Assembly: GCA_023898465.1 (NCBI GenBank)
Contig: CP060223.1
Span: forward strand, 448,001-512,000
DNA from: Candidatus Nomurabacteria bacterium
Lineage (GTDB): Bacteria; Patescibacteriota; Patescibacteriia; HK-STAS-PATE-3
Direction: 5' to 3'
Length of the DNA: 64,000 bases
Position 1 is the first letter of the stretch. Each line of letters begins with the position of its first letter. Both the position numbers and the translations under genes were made by a program. Below, piece after piece: positions 8,979 to 19,032 of the stretch. The notes under the pieces were generated by a model that worked only from the letters and a program-made list of their open reading frames with translations, was not told the origin of the DNA and made no database searches.

Positions 8979-10502
8979 ATGTTGAAGTTCCAGAGTCTCT
9001 GTATTTTGGTGGCGCTTTGTTGTGCCACGCTCGTCTTTGCTTCTGTGCCAAACCTGCTCACCTACCAGGGCTACTTGGAAGATGGTGGACAGGCAGCCAA
9101 CGGCAGCTACAACGTCACCTTCCTGCTCTACGATCAGGCAAGTGGCGGTACCAGCCTCTGGGAAGAAGTACAAACCGGTCTCGCGGTCCAGGACGGACTC
9201 ATGCAGTCATACCTCGGCCGGATCACGCCGCTTCCCAGCAACCTCGATGAGATCGAAACCCTCTATCTCAGCGTCGTTGTGCAGGGTGACACTCTGCAAT
9301 CACGCACCGAGCTCGCTTCTGTCCCCTACGCCTTCCGCGCCAAGCTATCTGAACACGCAGTCTATGCTGATTCGGCCGGAAATGGCGGAGATAGTGGTAG
9401 TGGATTCTGGGCAGCGAACGGCAACGATATCCATAACACCAATTCTGGGTTTGTGGGGATCGGGACGGAGAATCCAAACGAGCCCCTACATGTTGAAGGA
9501 CAAGGCATAGATTGGGCTGCCAGATTCACAAACAGTGATGGAAGCAGCAGCTCAGACGTGCGCTTGGCCTACAGAACTGGCGCTGGCATCTACATGAACA
9601 CCACTGGAACTACTAGTGGGTACTTCATGAACTTGAAGCATGAAGATCTCACAAAGGTCTATCTCACGAAGTCAGGCTACCTTGGGCTTGGTACGGATGG
9701 TCCAATTTCACAGCTCCACGTGGTGAACCCGGTCAACGCGGGGGCTGGAAACATCTTCAACATCGACCGAACGAACGACGTCACAAAGCAAACCTACATG
9801 GGCTTCCGTACGCACACGCTGCAGGACGCCTTCATAGGTGTGCCGGCAAACACGACCAACACGCTCACCTTTGGGTATGCCGGAAGCGCCGAGCTTATGC
9901 GTTACAACGCAAACGGGCTCGGTATTCGCACCACCAATCCGCAATTCACACTCGATGTGAACGGGAATACCAATTCAAGTCAGTACTACCTGGCCGGGCA
10001 CCAGATCGCCTACACTACTGGCGGCGGATCTCTCTTTCGTCTCAAGGACCCAAGCGGTGCAGACCGTGTTGAGTTCCAGGGGAACGGAGGCGATCTGCTC
10101 TTGGTGGGACCTGTCCGTATCAACGGCGACCTCTGCGTCACTGGTCAGAAAAACCGTATTGTGGAAACACCTTACGGCACTCTGGCTTTGAATGCTGAGG
10201 AATCGGCCGAAGCTTGGTTCTCTGCCAGCGGCGAAAGTCAGCTGGAAAACGGCCGAGCCCAAGTCGAGCTGTCTGAACGCTTCCTCGCGACCGTGGTCGT
10301 TTCTGATGAGCATCCTATGCAAGTCAACGCGACCTTCTATGGAGCGCACGGCGGCGGATGGTACGTGGAGCGTGGGCTGAACAGCTTCACTCTCGTCGAC
10401 CCCAGCGGGAGTAATGCACCGTTCACTTGGACGGTCAAAGCTCGCCAAAAAGGTTACGAAGACGTGAATCTCCGCGTTGTCGCGCCAACAGATGGGAGGT
10501 GA
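8979..10502 (+). CDS. Secreted tail-fiber-domain-like repeat protein
   Basis: Signal peptide, then the hallmark N-terminal motif LTYQGYLEDGGQAANGSYNVTFLLYDQASGGTSLWEE, then repeated VGIGTENPNEPLHVEG, LGLGTDGPISQLHVVN and LGIRTTNPQFTLDVNG units as in phage tail-fibre/collar-domain proteins. AGGAG SD sits 8 nt upstream of the ATG. Confidence 0.6.
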   Translation: MLKFQSLCILVALCCATLVFASVPNLLTYQGYLEDGGQAANGSYNVTFLLYDQASGGTSLWEEVQTGLAVQDGLMQSYLGRITPLPSNLDEIETLYLSVVVQGDTLQSRTELASVPYAFRAKLSEHAVYADSAGNGGDSGSGFWAANGNDIHNTNSGFVGIGTENPNEPLHVEGQGIDWAARFTNSDGSSSSDVRLAYRTGAGIYMNTTGTTSGYFMNLKHEDLTKVYLTKSGYLGLGTDGPISQLHVVNPVNAGAGNIFNIDRTNDVTKQTYMGFRTHTLQDAFIGVPANTTNTLTFGYAGSAELMRYNANGLGIRTTNPQFTLDVNGNTNSSQYYLAGHQIAYTTGGGSLFRLKDPSGADRVEFQGNGGDLLLVGPVRINGDLCVTGQKNRIVETPYGTLALNAEESAEAWFSASGESQLENGRAQVELSERFLATVVVSDEHPMQVNATFYGAHGGGWYVERGLNSFTLVDPSGSNAPFTWTVKARQKGYEDVNLRVVAPTDGR

Positions 10503-10505
10503 GGG

Positions 10506-12284
10506 ATGAGATGGATTCTCTCGGTCCTACTCCTGGCTCTTGCGAGTAGTGCCTTTGCCGTACAACCAAATCTTCAGCTTCCCTTTGCTGAAGGGACCGT
10601 TCACAAATGTACGCAAGGTGCCAATGGCGAGTACTCACATCAGTACACTTCAACACGTTACGACATCGATCTAGACACGATCAACAATGGCGATGAAACG
10701 TTGTACGCCCCAGTATCCGGAACCGTCTATCTGCATGATGAAGGTGAATCCGGATTCGGAAAACACGTAAACATCGACGTTGGAGACAACACTTTTGTTC
10801 TCCTTGGGCATTGCAAGAGCTTTCTTGTTTCTGATGGACAGCAGATAACAACAGGGATGCCTGTTGCGCTTGAAGGCTGTACAGGAAATTGTTACGGTGA
10901 TCATGTACACTTTGGTCTGCACACTGGAAACCCTCAGATAGGCGCTTCAAGTAGCACATCAATTGTTGCCGAACACATCTGGGCTAGGGATGTGACCGCG
11001 GGTGGAGAATTTCGATTCTTCCGAAGCGATGAATTCATAGGCGATTTGACTAGTGGCCACAACTACGAGACTGGCTATTTAGGCACACCCTACCTCTGTT
11101 CTCCTGCTGGTCAAGATCCACCCGCTGCCCCGCCATTCTGGACCAAGCCTGGCGACATCAAATCATACTTGGCGAGATTCAGAAATACGGGAACGGCAAC
11201 GTGGATTGATAGCGGAGGCGTTGGTACGAATAACTACGTTGAACTACGATCGGTGTTTCAGAACGGCACACCCAAAAACTGTTGGCTTGAGCCAGTAGAT
11301 TGGATTGGGTGCCCTGCATCCTGCAACACTCAACGAGTAACCTCGTTTGACGAAGGGACAGTCGCTCCTGGTCAAACTGCAACATTCACCTTCCAGGCAC
11401 GAACACCAAATGTTCCAACTGACCTTGACGGTGAAGTAGTGTACTTCCGCCCCTTCCACGGAGCAGACATCGGAATCGACGGATGGGGGGAGATGAACTT
11501 CCTTATCTATGTCGACGCCGACGCGCCGCAGGTCCCGCCGAACTTGAGCGTGAACCCGTCAGACTGCACGAGCACCAACTCGTTCTTCTTTGACTGGGAT
11601 GCTTCGAGCGACGTGGGTAGTGGACTGGATCTCTACGAGTGGCAAATCAACGGATCTACACCGAACTCCACGACTAGTACTTCGGTACAAGTGAATGGGA
11701 GTCAAAGCGTTCACCCGGGCACCAACGTCTTCTACGTCAGAGCCTTGGATAAGGTCGGAAACGTGAGTGGAATGGCCACGGTGGAATTCTGCTTCGAAAC
11801 CGACTGCAACCTCAGCTTCAACCGAGACGACGACGGCAATAGTGTGCCTGACGGATGGACGGCTGACCCTCATGGAGGTTCAAGCTATAGCTGGCCGCCT
11901 GGAGGCATTGGAAGCAACTCACACTACGTACGTATTGTGAACGCTGATGGAGATGATTGGATGATCTATACTCGCACCAACTGCGATCAGATCACGCCAG
12001 GACAACTCTACCGAATCGGCTTCTGGTACAACACCACCTCCACGGCTCCGTTCGAGTGGGCACTGTTCAAGAGTAGTGTTTCAACTGGTCAACGAAGTCT
12101 GAACGCCCTCGTGAGCAACCCAACCGCAGACGGGCAGTGGCATCAATTCCAAAGTGAACCCTTCACAATCAACTCCGGCGACCTCAGCACCTACCCGAAA
12201 TTCGGGGTAAAGGTACCGCCGGGATCTGTCGGAACCTTCAACTTCGACGAGGTCTTCTTCGTTGAAACTGAGCTGTGTCAATAG
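10506..12284 (+). CDS. Secreted M23 family metallopeptidase with C-terminal Fn3-like and carbohydrate-binding-like domains
   Basis: Signal peptide MRWILSVLLLALASSAFA. The M23 motifs are HVNIDVGD (HxxxD) and GDHVHFGLH (HxH). The downstream SDVGSGLDLYEWQING segment is Fn3/PKD-like, and a ~190-aa beta-rich C-terminal domain follows. Confidence 0.65.
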   Translation: MRWILSVLLLALASSAFAVQPNLQLPFAEGTVHKCTQGANGEYSHQYTSTRYDIDLDTINNGDETLYAPVSGTVYLHDEGESGFGKHVNIDVGDNTFVLLGHCKSFLVSDGQQITTGMPVALEGCTGNCYGDHVHFGLHTGNPQIGASSSTSIVAEHIWARDVTAGGEFRFFRSDEFIGDLTSGHNYETGYLGTPYLCSPAGQDPPAAPPFWTKPGDIKSYLARFRNTGTATWIDSGGVGTNNYVELRSVFQNGTPKNCWLEPVDWIGCPASCNTQRVTSFDEGTVAPGQTATFTFQARTPNVPTDLDGEVVYFRPFHGADIGIDGWGEMNFLIYVDADAPQVPPNLSVNPSDCTSTNSFFFDWDASSDVGSGLDLYEWQINGSTPNSTTSTSVQVNGSQSVHPGTNVFYVRALDKVGNVSGMATVEFCFETDCNLSFNRDDDGNSVPDGWTADPHGGSSYSWPPGGIGSNSHYVRIVNADGDDWMIYTRTNCDQITPGQLYRIGFWYNTTSTAPFEWALFKSSVSTGQRSLNALVSNPTADGQWHQFQSEPFTINSGDLSTYPKFGVKVPPGSVGTFNFDEVFFVETELCQ

Positions 12285-12320
12285 CTTGGAGGGGCTATTC
12301 CAGCATACATCGCACTTTCA

Positions 12321-12358
12321 CGCGCCTTCAGGCCAGCAACTTGGAGGCGCGTTTTTCT
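12321..12358 (+). terminator. Rho-independent terminator closing the GC-rich cassette
   Basis: Stem cgcgcct (12321-12327) pairs with aggcgcg (12345-12351) around a 17-nt loop, followed by TTTTT (12352-12356). Confidence 0.45.
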
Positions 12359-12361
12359 TAC

Positions 12362-12390
12362 TTTTCAAAATGACCAATTTTTAGTATACT
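12362..12390 (+). promoter_or_regulatory. Weak sigma70-like promoter candidate upstream of 12425 gene
   Basis: TTTTCA (12362-12367), a 17-nt spacer, then TATACT (12385-12390). An AT-rich leader follows with no clear SD. Confidence 0.25.
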
Positions 12391-12424
12391 CTAGCCTGAA
12401 CTTTTATCCTTTTTTTGCCAAAAA

Positions 12425-13936
12425 ATGTCAGAAAAACAAGAGAAGGCCAGTCGCTACCTCATTTCTATAGTAATTGGCTTTTTTATTGTATTTGGATTGG
12501 GTTTGCTAAACAAAAACCTTGCGTTTTTTGGTCAAAATCTTAGTTTTTCCCTTGATTTTCCTGCAAATGATAAGGTGCTCAGAGCTCTTCCAGCCATCAA
12601 TGAAACTACAGAAATTGGCGAGAACCCTGCAAACGGGAAGCAGTACGCGATTCAACGTCATACCATAACGACGCCCGAGACCAATATTTGGCTAAAAATA
12701 CCAGAAACACTGCAGTTAAGCGAAAAAAATCATCTCAGCGTTTCAACTGAATTTGATCCCAAACACCTCGATAGTTTAGAGCTTTCACTCGTCCACCCCA
12801 GTGGAATTAGCTATGACCTAGGGCCAATATACTCCGCCCAGCTCGAAGCTCTAGAGTGGAGCTCAATCACCCAGGACGGCGTTACTCTGTGGCAACGAAA
12901 CCCAAGCTACGCATCCATACAGGATTTCTACAAAAACCCACCGAAATCTGATGCAGAAACGCCTGTAATTGCCACTTTTCATGCCGCTCTCAATCCAGTG
13001 CTCCAGAGCGAATTTCTCGCTAATCTTCCTGAAAAAAAGCAATTAGAAAGTTCCCTACCCTATCTCGAGGGACCTTATACAACCTATACCCTGCTATTGG
13101 AAAGCGGCTCTCTTCATATTCACCTAGATGTACAGGAGCTTAATTTTTACGAAGGACCAGATCCGACCGAAATAAACGTTTTTGATCAATCTGGTGAGCT
13201 AATATATGTCACCACGCTTCCAGATGATGGCGTAGTAAGCGCCTCTAAAGTTCGAACCCCACTTCGTGCTATAGATTTTACCCTCGAGGGGCTTAATCCT
13301 GGAATGTATCGAGTTGAGGTTGATAATCCAGATATTCAGTCAAAACTAAGCACAAATCAACAATATGTTGTTTTAGCAAGCTCCCCGTTGCTTGTTGATA
13401 ACGTGTATAACAGCAGCGCAAATCCTCTAACTCTATACACAAATTCTCAAAATATTGATTTTCCTGCCTGGCATATTGACGCCAGCGCACAAAATATCAG
13501 TTTAGATGGTCACCAGATAACACTCGCTTCTGACCGACAAGTTGGCAGCTCAGTGCACTACAGCTTCCCTAACCTCGCTACAGCAAAAAATCCACACAGT
13601 ATTCAATTAGGTACCAATCATGCACTTATTGAAATAGATAAAAGCGCTGTTATTGCTTTTGATGCATTTGCTTATTTTAACCCTTTTACTATCCCAACTC
13701 GTCGTCTCACTGCCGATACTACCAAAGATACTTCAATAGAATACGTCTTAGCACGTTACGAAAAACAAAATCCGGTGAATGGAAGATACTTGCTGAATCG
13801 CGATTTCTACTTTGATAAAAGCTTCCTCAACGAAGACAATGGCCTGCAAATACGCTATAGCGCTGATACTCGCCTGGGATCCCCTCAATATCGCCTGCAA
13901 AAAGTTGACGTCTCAATCACTCGCTCTACTGAATAA
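12425..13936 (+). CDS. Hypothetical membrane-anchored extracytoplasmic protein
   Basis: 503-aa ORF with an N-terminal TM helix (YLISIVIGFFIVFGLGLL) and no recognisable catalytic motif. Low-GC host-type composition. Confidence 0.5.
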   Translation: MSEKQEKASRYLISIVIGFFIVFGLGLLNKNLAFFGQNLSFSLDFPANDKVLRALPAINETTEIGENPANGKQYAIQRHTITTPETNIWLKIPETLQLSEKNHLSVSTEFDPKHLDSLELSLVHPSGISYDLGPIYSAQLEALEWSSITQDGVTLWQRNPSYASIQDFYKNPPKSDAETPVIATFHAALNPVLQSEFLANLPEKKQLESSLPYLEGPYTTYTLLLESGSLHIHLDVQELNFYEGPDPTEINVFDQSGELIYVTTLPDDGVVSASKVRTPLRAIDFTLEGLNPGMYRVEVDNPDIQSKLSTNQQYVVLASSPLLVDNVYNSSANPLTLYTNSQNIDFPAWHIDASAQNISLDGHQITLASDRQVGSSVHYSFPNLATAKNPHSIQLGTNHALIEIDKSAVIAFDAFAYFNPFTIPTRRLTADTTKDTSIEYVLARYEKQNPVNGRYLLNRDFYFDKSFLNEDNGLQIRYSADTRLGSPQYRLQKVDVSITRSTE

Positions 13937-14168
13937 GCATAAGTCCTAGTGTCGCCAAAATAAAAGGCATAAGCAACCAAATAAGCGGTATTGTATAAAT
14001 GATGAATCCAGGCAGGACAAGTTCTAGTAAAAAACCTAACGCTGATACCACCGCGCTAATGATAAAAAAGCGTTGTATAAAAAATATCCAGGATGTTTTC
14101 GCTGATTGAAAAGGATGAAATTGCATAACGTTAGTATAAATCTCCCTTGCAGTATACCCCTTTCTCAT
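13926..14168 (-). CDS. Small hypothetical two-TM membrane protein
   Basis: 80-aa ORF with two hydrophobic helices, divergent from the glycan locus. May start at an internal Met (MQFHPF). Confidence 0.3.
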   Translation of the reverse strand: MRKGYTAREIYTNVMQFHPFQSAKTSWIFFIQRFFIISAVVSALGFLLELVLPGFIIYTIPLIWLLMPFILATLGLMLIQ

Positions 14169-14230
14169 TATTTACGTAAATTTTCAGGACGCCTGCTTCT
14201 GCTCAGCACTGCGATTCCTCAGCCCCTTCC

Positions 14231-15187
14231 ATGAACTACCTTATTACCGGTTCCGCAGGATTTATTGGATCACACCTCTCCACCACCCTCTTAGCACAAG
14301 GACATCGCGTCATTGGGATTGATGATCTGAATGATTACTATTCTGTTACCCAAAAGCAAGAAAATATAACGCAGCTCAAAGAATTTTCTGAATACTCCTT
14401 TCTTCAATGCGACATTCGTAAACCAGAAGAAATAAAAACATTTCTGCAAAAATATTCACAACCAATTGACGCCATTATTCACCTTGCCGCTCGGGCGGGA
14501 GTGCGGCCTTCAATTGCGAAACCAACCCTTTATACTGATGTAAATGTAAATGGCACTGTGCAAATGCTTGAGCTTGCTCGGGTTTTTCAAATCCCTAAAT
14601 TTATTTTTGCCTCCTCCTCTTCGGTCTACGGTAATCAAGAAAAAACCCCTTTTAGTGAAACAGATGCTGTTGATACACCGATATCACCTTATGCGGCAAC
14701 AAAGCGAGCTGGTGAATTACTTAGCTACACTTATCATGCATTGCACGGCATGAGTGTGGCCTGTCTACGCTTTTTTACCGTATATGGACCAAAAGGACGG
14801 CCGGATATGGCGCCCTACCTCTTCGTTGATAAAGTGCATCGTGGCGAAGCTATTACAAAATTTGGCAACGGAGAAACGCGCCGAGATTACACCTATATTG
14901 AGGATATTATCTCTGGAATTCTCGCAAGTCTACAAGCTGATATTGGTTACGAAATTATTAATCTAGGTAACTCTCATACGATCTCATTAAATGAATTTAT
15001 CGCAACAGTAGAACGAGTAACTGGAAAAACGGCTATTGTTGACCAACAGGGTCCCCAGCCGGGTGATGTGCAACAAACTTTTGCGGATATTACGAAAGCA
15101 AAAAAACTGCTTGGTTACGATCCAAGCACCGCAATCGAAAGCGGTCTCCAACATTTTTATGAATGGTATAAACGTTATCGCGTATGA
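14231..15187 (+). CDS. NAD-dependent nucleotide-sugar epimerase/dehydratase (extended SDR)
   Basis: [10 protein letters not shown] Rossmann motif near the N-terminus, YAATK catalytic YxxxK, and FIFASSSSVYG. Confidence 0.8.
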   Translation: MNYLITGSAGFIGSHLSTTLLAQGHRVIGIDDLNDYYSVTQKQENITQLKEFSEYSFLQCDIRKPEEIKTFLQKYSQPIDAIIHLAARAGVRPSIAKPTLYTDVNVNGTVQMLELARVFQIPKFIFASSSSVYGNQEKTPFSETDAVDTPISPYAATKRAGELLSYTYHALHGMSVACLRFFTVYGPKGRPDMAPYLFVDKVHRGEAITKFGNGETRRDYTYIEDIISGILASLQADIGYEIINLGNSHTISLNEFIATVERVTGKTAIVDQQGPQPGDVQQTFADITKAKKLLGYDPSTAIESGLQHFYEWYKRYRV

Positions 15188-16146
15188 ATGAAATAACAAC
15201 CACTAAAGCATTTTTTTCAGTCGTCGTACCGGTCTATAACGAAGTCGAGGCTGTGGCTAGTCTTCATGCTGAGATTCTTCAGATCATGCAGACGATGCAA
15301 AAACCTTTTGAGATTATCTTTGTAGACGACGGAAGCAGAGACGGCACATTTGAAAAATTACAATCTCTACATCCGATTACGATTATCCGTTTGCGAAAAA
15401 ACTTTGGACAGACCGCTGCACTGGACGCTGGTTTTAAACATGCTCAAGGGGAAATTATTTTTACCCTGGACGGTGATGGACAAAATGATCCAGCAGACAT
15501 ACCTGGACTTTATGCGAAGATTGAAGAGGGGTATGATGTGGTTTCTGGGTGGAGAAAAAACCGAAAAGACACTTTTTCGAAGCGCTTTTTGTCTCGTGGA
15601 GCAAACTTCCTTCGCGGATTTCTAGTAGCAGATAAAATTAAAGACTCTGGCTGCACGCTCAAAGCATATCGAAGAGAATGCTTCGAGGACTTGGACCTCT
15701 TCGGTGAAATTCATCGTTTCATACCGGCAATTCTAGCGTGGAAAGGTTTCCGCATCGGCGAAATAGTCGTTAATCATCGCGCTCGAACCACTGGCCGAAC
15801 AAAATACAACTGGCGCCGCGTGATAAAAGGTTTTGTCGATATGGTAAGCGTCTGGTTTTGGCGAAAATACTCTAGCCGTCCTCTCCATCTTTTTGGCGGT
15901 CTTGGCATATTGGCTGGAGCCGCTGGTCTCGTCTTAGGACTTTACCTTGCCATTGCTCGACTAATGGGAATTATCTCACTCCAAAACAGCATCTGGCCAT
16001 TGATTTCTGTTTTTCTGATCCTAGCTGGCATCCAATTATTTATTTCTGGACTCCTGGGTGATATTGCTATCAAGACTTACTACAACGGCAAACGGCAAAT
16101 CTACACCATACGTTCAATTACCACATCGCGTAGAGAAAATTCATGA
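15184..16146 (+). CDS. GT2 polyprenyl-phosphate glycosyltransferase (GtrB/CsbB/DPM-synthase-like) with C-terminal TM helices
   Basis: FSVVVPVYNE...IIFVDDGSRDGT...DGDGQND GT-A motifs, then two C-terminal hydrophobic helices (LHLFGGLGILAGAAGLVLGLYL; PLISVFLILAGIQLFISGLLG). ATGA overlap with the upstream gene. Confidence 0.8.
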   Translation: MNEITTTKAFFSVVVPVYNEVEAVASLHAEILQIMQTMQKPFEIIFVDDGSRDGTFEKLQSLHPITIIRLRKNFGQTAALDAGFKHAQGEIIFTLDGDGQNDPADIPGLYAKIEEGYDVVSGWRKNRKDTFSKRFLSRGANFLRGFLVADKIKDSGCTLKAYRRECFEDLDLFGEIHRFIPAILAWKGFRIGEIVVNHRARTTGRTKYNWRRVIKGFVDMVSVWFWRKYSSRPLHLFGGLGILAGAAGLVLGLYLAIARLMGIISLQNSIWPLISVFLILAGIQLFISGLLGDIAIKTYYNGKRQIYTIRSITTSRRENS

Positions 16147-17273
16147 GTCGAATACTGTTACTTAATTACGAGTTTCCACCTCTTGGTGGTGGCGCTAGTC
16201 CACTTAGCTACGAGCTAGCTCGAGGATTTGTGCAAAATGGCCATTCAGTCACTGTTGTCACAATGGGCTATAAAACCCTCCCTCGATATGAAGAAAAAGA
16301 CGGTATGCGGATCTTTCGACTCCGTTCAGTTCGAGCAAAAAAAGAGATATGTACGCCATGGGAACAATTCACATTCATCATCTCCGCTTTTTTCTTTTTC
16401 ACAAACCATTTAAAAAAAGAAAAATATGACGTTAATCATACGCATTTTTTAATACCTAGTGGAATTATTTCATGGTGGCTCAAAAAAAAATATCAATTGC
16501 CTTATGTCGTTACCAGTCACGGTAGTGATGTTCCTGGCTTCAACGATGATAGATTTAAGCTTCTTCACAAATTTACCGGCCCAATACTCCGCTTGGTAAG
16601 CAATAATAGTGATAAAATTATTGTTCCCTCAAAATATCTAGGAACCCTCATTGAAAAGAATATTAATTCTGCATTACATAGTAAAATTTATTACATTCCT
16701 AACGGCATAGATGAAAAGAAGTTTGTGCCACAAGAAAAGAAAAAAATCATTCTTTCCACTGGACGATTATTACCAAGAAAAGGTTTTCAGTATTTGATAA
16801 ATGCAATGGCAAAAGAAAACTTGGGATATGAATTACACATTGCTGGTGATGGTCCTATGATGACAGAACTTCAAAAGCTAGCAAGTAACGCAAAAAGTAA
16901 AATAGTTTTTCATGGTTGGCTTGATAATCTTAGCCACGAATACAAAGAACTTCTTGAATCCGCTGCCATTTATAGTTTGGTTTCACCTAAGGAAAACGCA
17001 AGTGTCGCCTTACTTGAGGCGATGAGCGCGGGCTGCGCTATAATCACCAGCAGTTCGGGTGGAGCAGCAGAAACAATGGGTGAGGCCGGTATTACCATAG
17101 AAGCAAAAAACCAAACAAGTATCAATGAAGCGCTGCGTCATCTCACCACCTCCAGTGAAGAGATTCAACGCTTAGGTCAACTTGCCCGCAAACGCGTGCT
17201 TGAAAAATTTAGCTGGACAACTGTATTTCATCAATATAATCAACTATTCACACCTTACGGAGTTAAACTATGA
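16143..17273 (+). CDS. Glycosyltransferase family 4
   Basis: ILLLNYEFPPLGGGASPLSYELARGF N-terminus and LSTGRLLPRKGFQYLINAM...SPKENASVALLEAMSAGCAIITS C-terminal GT4 region. Confidence 0.8.
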   Translation: MSRILLLNYEFPPLGGGASPLSYELARGFVQNGHSVTVVTMGYKTLPRYEEKDGMRIFRLRSVRAKKEICTPWEQFTFIISAFFFFTNHLKKEKYDVNHTHFLIPSGIISWWLKKKYQLPYVVTSHGSDVPGFNDDRFKLLHKFTGPILRLVSNNSDKIIVPSKYLGTLIEKNINSALHSKIYYIPNGIDEKKFVPQEKKKIILSTGRLLPRKGFQYLINAMAKENLGYELHIAGDGPMMTELQKLASNAKSKIVFHGWLDNLSHEYKELLESAAIYSLVSPKENASVALLEAMSAGCAIITSSSGGAAETMGEAGITIEAKNQTSINEALRHLTTSSEEIQRLGQLARKRVLEKFSWTTVFHQYNQLFTPYGVKL

Positions 17274-18151
17274 AAAAGATAAAACTGCTATTCATCCTTG
17301 CCTGGCGAAATCTGCGTTGGACTTTTATTAAAGCAATTCACCTAAATGGCCAAATATCCGTACAAGTGTATGGAAAGAAAATTGTTCTCTATCTTAATCG
17401 TGTTGGATTAGACATCAAGGAGAATAATATTTTTAAACAGCTCGCTTTAGATCATAATCGCGAAGCTGAGGCCTCTAAGGTAATGCTAGACTTTATCGAG
17501 CCTGGAGACGAAATTTTTGAAGCCGGCGCAAATATTGGCTACTACGTTTTACTTGAAGCGAGTCGACTACAAGGCCAAGGTAAAATTTACGCAATTGAGC
17601 CAGATCCTAGTAACTACGAGCTACTTAAAAAAAATGTGGAGTTAAATGAACTGCAAAATTATGTTGATGTCCGTAAACTATCGGTCAGCGATAAAGTCGG
17701 TCACTCAGAATTTTTCCTAAGTAAGGATTCTAACCTGCACAGCTTCCTTCCGAGCGAAAATGATGAAGAGAGAACCTCAATTATGGTAGAGACAACTACC
17801 ATTGATGCCTTCTTAGCAGATAAACCAAAGGTTAACTTTATCCGAATGGACATAGAAGGCTATGAATGTCGAGTTATTTATGGGATGAAACAATTCCTTG
17901 CTAAGCCTGGCCCTTTAAAACTTTTTATTGAGCTGCATCCAAAGCTGGTTTCAAGGGAAGAAATGTTGAATTTGCTTACCATTTTGGAAGAAAGCGGTTT
18001 CACTATACATAAAGCAATCTCGCGAGATAACTATCTTCGGAAGCAGCTAGGACAAACCACTGTTGAGGAAATGACTATGGCTGAATTAAAGAGCGATCCG
18101 CGCTTGCTGGAAGAAAAACGCTCATTTGAAATGTTTTTCATAAAAAAATAA
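17270..18151 (+). CDS. FkbM-family SAM-dependent methyltransferase
   Basis: EAGANIGYYVL...IYAIEPDPSNYELLKKNVELNEL...SVSDKVGHSEF...FIRMDIEGYE, the FkbM-domain signature. Confidence 0.75.
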   Translation: MKKIKLLFILAWRNLRWTFIKAIHLNGQISVQVYGKKIVLYLNRVGLDIKENNIFKQLALDHNREAEASKVMLDFIEPGDEIFEAGANIGYYVLLEASRLQGQGKIYAIEPDPSNYELLKKNVELNELQNYVDVRKLSVSDKVGHSEFFLSKDSNLHSFLPSENDEERTSIMVETTTIDAFLADKPKVNFIRMDIEGYECRVIYGMKQFLAKPGPLKLFIELHPKLVSREEMLNLLTILEESGFTIHKAISRDNYLRKQLGQTTVEEMTMAELKSDPRLLEEKRSFEMFFIKK

Positions 18152-18152
18152 C

Positions 18153-19031
18153 ATGACCCAGGATGCTCAAAAACATCCCCTACTCACTGTCTGTATAGTT
18201 CACTACAGAAGGCTTGAGCAGCTCCAAAAAACAATAGATGCTCTTTTTCAAAATACCCGTACTGCATTTCTTCTCCGTGTGTATAACAACGGATACGAGG
18301 ATGATGGAATCAGGGAGTATCTAGATGGTATTAATCAGCGTAGCGATACTACGGTTATCTTTGACACAAAAAATATCGGCTGCTCCCCTGCTCGACACGA
18401 AATTGTAAAAAATATTGAGACACCCTTCATCCTCATGCTTGATGATGACATGTATGTAAATAAAGATTGGGACGTCCCCGTATTTAAAAAATTTGCAGAA
18501 AATCCTACGATTGGCGCTATTGGATTTTCAATTTATAAAATTGATGGGAGCTTCTGGTGGACAGGTGGACGCAATATTATTCTATCAAAAAAAGAAATTA
18601 AAATAGAGCGACCTCATATCGATCCAGAAAAATCAGACCTTGATTTTATAGAGCTTGATGATGTTGCCGCGGGGGCAATGATTTATCGAAAAGAACTTGA
18701 GGATATTATCGTTTGGGACAAGAATTATTTTATCGGCTTTGAGGATCTGGAGAAAGGTCTACATTTAAAACAGAGCAAATATTCCTGTCTCGTCTCAATT
18801 CAAAGTAAATTTATCCACGACAAAATATCTGAGAAACAGGAATACGCTGCTTATAACAATGCACGACGAAATTACCACGCCTACCGGAGAAGTTATCTAC
18901 ATTTTCTAAAGGAAAATAGATATCGTCTTGATTTGAAGCGCCATCTTTTCTACAAATATGTTTGTCTTCTTCCGAATAACATTCTGCAGAAGTTGGTATA
19001 TACTTGGTTAAGCATAAAAAAGAAGGGTTAG
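18153..19031 (+). CDS. GT2-like glycosyltransferase
   Basis: LLTVCIVHYRRLEQL...LMLDDDMYV (DxD-type) then GFEDLE, a GT-A-like arrangement. Confidence 0.6.
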   Translation: MTQDAQKHPLLTVCIVHYRRLEQLQKTIDALFQNTRTAFLLRVYNNGYEDDGIREYLDGINQRSDTTVIFDTKNIGCSPARHEIVKNIETPFILMLDDDMYVNKDWDVPVFKKFAENPTIGAIGFSIYKIDGSFWWTGGRNIILSKKEIKIERPHIDPEKSDLDFIELDDVAAGAMIYRKELEDIIVWDKNYFIGFEDLEKGLHLKQSKYSCLVSIQSKFIHDKISEKQEYAAYNNARRNYHAYRRSYLHFLKENRYRLDLKRHLFYKYVCLLPNNILQKLVYTWLSIKKKG

Positions 19032-19032
19032 T

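Noticed and set aside
9017-9510. Overlapping R/P/S-rich ORFs (9017-9250, 9022-9510, 9268-9477, 9708-10448) inside the GC-rich cassette
   Set aside because: These are alternative-frame artefacts within the 8979-10502 gene. The main frame has a signal peptide, an SD and conserved tail-fibre repeats.
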